Notes under the pieces: generated by a model | Databases searched by the model: none | What the model was told of the DNA's origin: nothing | Seen by the model: the letters and a program-made list of their open reading frames with translations, nothing else | Shown: piece by piece, positions 60,554 to 64,000 of the stretch | How positions within the stretch are numbered: the stretch's first letter is position 1 | How the letters are laid out: every line of letters begins with the position of its first letter | Position numbers and translations under genes: made by a program | Assembly: GCA_964016885.1 (NCBI GenBank) | Contig: OZ024743.1 | Span: 151,342,001 to 151,406,000, forward strand | Reading direction: 5' to 3' | From: Eledone cirrhosa | Lineage: Eukaryota | Length of the DNA: 64,000 nt

Positions 60554-63500
60554 ATCATCATCATCATCATCATCAGGTTTAGCGTCCGTGTTCCACGCTT
60601 GCATGGGTTTGGACGGGGGTTTTCCCACTTGAGGCAAGAGTGGTTGTCTTGCTCGCATAGGACTGTCTGGCGGGTTTTCTACAGTTGGATGCCCTTCCTA
60701 ACACCAACCACATTTACAGTGTGGGGCTGGGAGGTTTTTACCGTGTTGCCTACACGGCCACATTACAGCGTGGACTGTCTAGCGGGTTTTCTACAGCTGG
60801 ATGCCCTTCCTAACACCAACCACATTTACAGTGTGGGGCTGGGAGGTTTTTACCGTGTTGCCTACACGGCCACATTTACAGCGTGGACTGTGTGTTTTTT
60901 GTCGTGACACCTACACGATCTCATTTGTTTCGGCCTGGATGTTGTGGGACCAACATAACTTTACATTGAAAGGGGCGGTGTGGGTGGGGTGGAGGTGGTG
61001 GGACGGGGGGGTGTTTTGATAGAGATGCCTACTGACTGTAGTAGGTTTTTACTTTGTATTTAGGTAAGGCGGGTCTTCTCTATTACTGAGTACCGCCAAA
61101 GGTCTCGGTCCAGTGACATTGTCTTGGAGAGGTGTAAGCGTGTGAGGTCGGAATTTATCAGCTCGTCCCAGGTTTTTCTGGGTCTGCCTACTCCGTGGCT
61201 ACCGTCTATCTTTATTGCCCTGCACTTTGTTATACAGCTGTCGTCTTTCATGCGCATCACGTGACCGTACCAACGTAGCCTTCTCTCGAGTAAACAACAT
61301 CTGATCCCTCTTATTTCTAATTTTTTCCTTAGTTCGTTTATGCTTTGCCGTTCACGTATATTACTATTGCACATCCAGCGGAGCATGCAAGCTTCGTTCC
61401 TCTCTAGTCTGCGTATATCCTCTGCACACAATGCCCAGGTCTCACTGCCATGCAGCATTGCTGTTCGTATGCAGGCATCGTATAACCTGCCTTTCATTTT
61501 TAGGGAGAACCCTCTAGCGGCTAATAGTGGTATAAGCTCTCTGAACTTTTTCCATCCAGTTCTGACTCTAGCTACTGTACTTTCAGAGCACCCTCCCCCA
61601 CTGCTGATTTTGTCACCCAGATAACGGAAGCTGTCCACTATTTCTATAGAACCCTCTGCGCAGTTGAAGGAGCTAGTATTTTGTGGGCACTTGCTGCTAC
61701 TTATTGCACCAGAGCACCGGCCACATGTAAAATCTATGTTCTTAGTTAGCTTACCTGTGATCCCACTACATCTTTTATGCACCCATACTTTGCATTTGGG
61801 ACATAAAATGGAGTTTCTACCTACGCCTTTCCTACACACTGAGCATGGCCATTTCCCAGATGGGACCGCCGCCTTATTTTCTTTCCTACAAACTAGAACT
61901 TTAGTCTTAGCCAGGTTAATTTTAAGGCCTTTTGATTCTAGGCCGTGCTTCCATGTTTGGAATTTCTTCTCTAGTTCGGTCATTGATTCAGCTATGAGCG
62001 TTAGATCATCTGCGTATAGGAGTTCCCATGGGCAGCCGGTCTTGAACTCCTCTGTTATAGCCTGAAGGGCAATAATAAATAGTAGGAGGCTAAGAACAGA
62101 GCCCTGATGGACACCAACTTTTACGCTAAACTCTTCACTATATTCGTTGTTAATTCTAACCTTACTGACTGTTTCTTTATACATGGCTTGTATAGCTCTC
62201 ACAAGCCATTCGTCAACACCTAGTTTTCTAAGAGACCACCAGATAATGGAACGGGGGACTCTATCGAAGGCTTTCTCCAAGTCGACGAAAGCTAAGTATA
62301 GGGGTTTACTTTTAGCTAGGTACTTCTCCTGTAGTTGTCGTACAATGAAAAGAGCGTCTGTGGTACTTTTGCCTGACACAAACCCGAACTGCATTTCATC
62401 TAGATCAATTCTCTCTCTGATTAGTTGCGCTATTACTTTTTCCGTGACCTTCATGACCTGGTCGATTAATTTAATGCCTCTATAGTTACTCCTATCTAGG
62501 GCATCTCCTTTTCCCTTATAGCAGTTAACGATGATGCTGCTACGCCATTCCTTCGGAACAACCCCATTCTGTACGACTTGGTTAACTATCCGGGTGACCA
62601 TGGTGTGTCCCACCGAACCAGATGCCTTCAGCATCTCAGCAACTATTTCCGAAGGCCCAGCCGCCTTACCCGTCTTCATATCTTTGATTGCCTTACTTAT
62701 TATACTCCCCTCGACTAACACTGCTGGTCCCTCTATTGGATCGATCTGGGGGAGACTGTCTTTCTCCCATTTGTTCTCCTCATTTAGAAGCCTTTCGTAG
62801 TGACACTTCCAAGCTACCTTCTTATCAGCGTCGGTGATGGCAAGTATGCCATCATCGTTAAGTACACACTTCTCCCCGACAATATCACGGTTTTCCTTGA
62901 CACATTGCCTGGCAATCCTGAACACCTCACGTTTTTGGTCCTCACATTGTAGAACATGCTTGAACTTTCTTTCCTCTGCTTCCCTTTTTGCGAAGTACAC
63001 TTGTCTCCTAGCTTCCCTCCTGGTCACTTGATAGCCTTCTCTACTTCCCCCATCCCGCCATACTTTCCAAGCCTACTTTTTGGCCTTAATTGACTCCTCC
63101 ACCTTACTGTTCCACCACCATGTTACTCTCCTCCTACCTACAGGCCTGCTCCAGCCACAGACTTCGTCTGCCGCCGTCAGCAGGTTTGCTCTCAGGAATT
63201 CCCACTGTTCCTCTATATTATACGACTCTAATTGCTCTTCCTTACTGTCGAAAGCGTCAAGTAATATGCTTTGAAATTTATTTCTGGCTATGGGGTCCTT
63301 TAGCTTCCATATTTTTCTCCTGAGGATAGTCCTCTTCCGCTGTCTAGTACGTCTCGTCCTGACTATGAGGTCGCTAATTATCAGTCTATGTTGGGAGGTG
63401 AATTCTTCATGGGGGTGGGATTTAGTGTTAACAACAGACACTCTGTCACGTCTTCTGGTAAGGATATAATCTACCTGGCTTGTGTGTTCCCCCGATCTAT

Positions 63501-64000
63501 AGGTGATCAAGTGATTGTCTCGTTTTTTGAAGTTAGTGTTACAGATAGTTAAGTTATTTGCGTCGCAGAATTCCAGGATTCTGGAGCCTTCCTCATTTCT
63601 AGTACCGAACCCATAGCCTCCGTGGATTCCGTCATAGCCGTCACAATGTTGTCCAACGTGACCATTTAGGTCGCCTGCAATAACTATATAGTCACTGTCG
63701 GTTATTTGGGAGGTAGCGAGCATCAGTGTCTCGTAGAATCTGTCTTTTATAGCGCCGGGCAGTCCGGATTGGGGTGCGTACGCAGATATTACTGTCACCG
63801 TAGTTTTATTGAGGACAAGTCTTATTTTAATTATTCTGTCGTTCACTCTATTTACGTCTATTATCTTATCTGCCCACTTTTCTGCTACCATGATTCCTAC
63901 CCCACCCAACCCATTGTCATTTCCCACCCAGAAAAGCTTATAGCATCGTTCTTTACCCACGATGAATCTAGCCGACCCTCCCCTCCACCTGGTCTCTTGA
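60554..64000 (-). mobile_element. RTE LINE subfamily B, near-intact, 5' end beyond the window
   Basis: Single long APE-RT reading frame plus 3' UTR ending in (GAT)n at 60554-60573. Confidence 0.97.
61060..64000 (-). pseudogene. RTE ORF (APE endonuclease + RT with inserted PHD finger) with one in-frame TAG
   Basis: ORFs 63073..63960 and 61060..63027 are in the same frame; TAG at 63073-63075 corresponds to CAG (AKKQA) in the 56539 copy; motifs SAYAP, GDLNGH, DYIL, SQH, DLEKAFD, GVHQGSVLS, YADD and FRYLG. Confidence 0.93.

Noticed and set aside
61340-63323. Plus-strand ORFs antisense to the RTE ORF (also 57068-59061)
   Set aside because: Shadow frames of the LINE coding strand; no independent coding evidence

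Overview
This is AT-rich eukaryotic non-coding DNA in which I find no host protein-coding gene, rRNA, true tRNA or CRISPR array. The repeat repertoire resembles an octopod cephalopod genome (inference): tRNA/CORE-type SINEs, RTE LINEs ending in (GAT)n, and abundant (TA)n/(CA)n microsatellites. The window is dominated by one RTE-clade LINE family. It has a near-intact copy at 60.5-64 kb (one nonsense codon), a decayed 3.2-kb copy at 56.5-59.7 kb, and older or truncated copies at 5.3-9.0, 30.3-33.6, 42.3-43.6 and 49.5-52.3 kb. Other remnants include a Penelope-like RT, CR1, a CRE-like LINE, a Helitron helicase, two mariner transposases, several MITE families and several long foldback elements. 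Four observations stand out. (1) A canonical C4HC3 PHD finger lies inside the RT domain of the RTE ORF and is retained in several copies. (2) A ~610-bp bipartite non-autonomous RTE derivative joins a structured, possibly ribozyme-bearing 5' UTR to a C2H2-finger 3' end. (3) A ~110-130-bp RTE 3'-UTR module recurs in tandem arrays. (4) Microsatellite-embedded palindromes carry partial hammerhead motifs. All calls are by eye; boundaries of old repeats are approximate.
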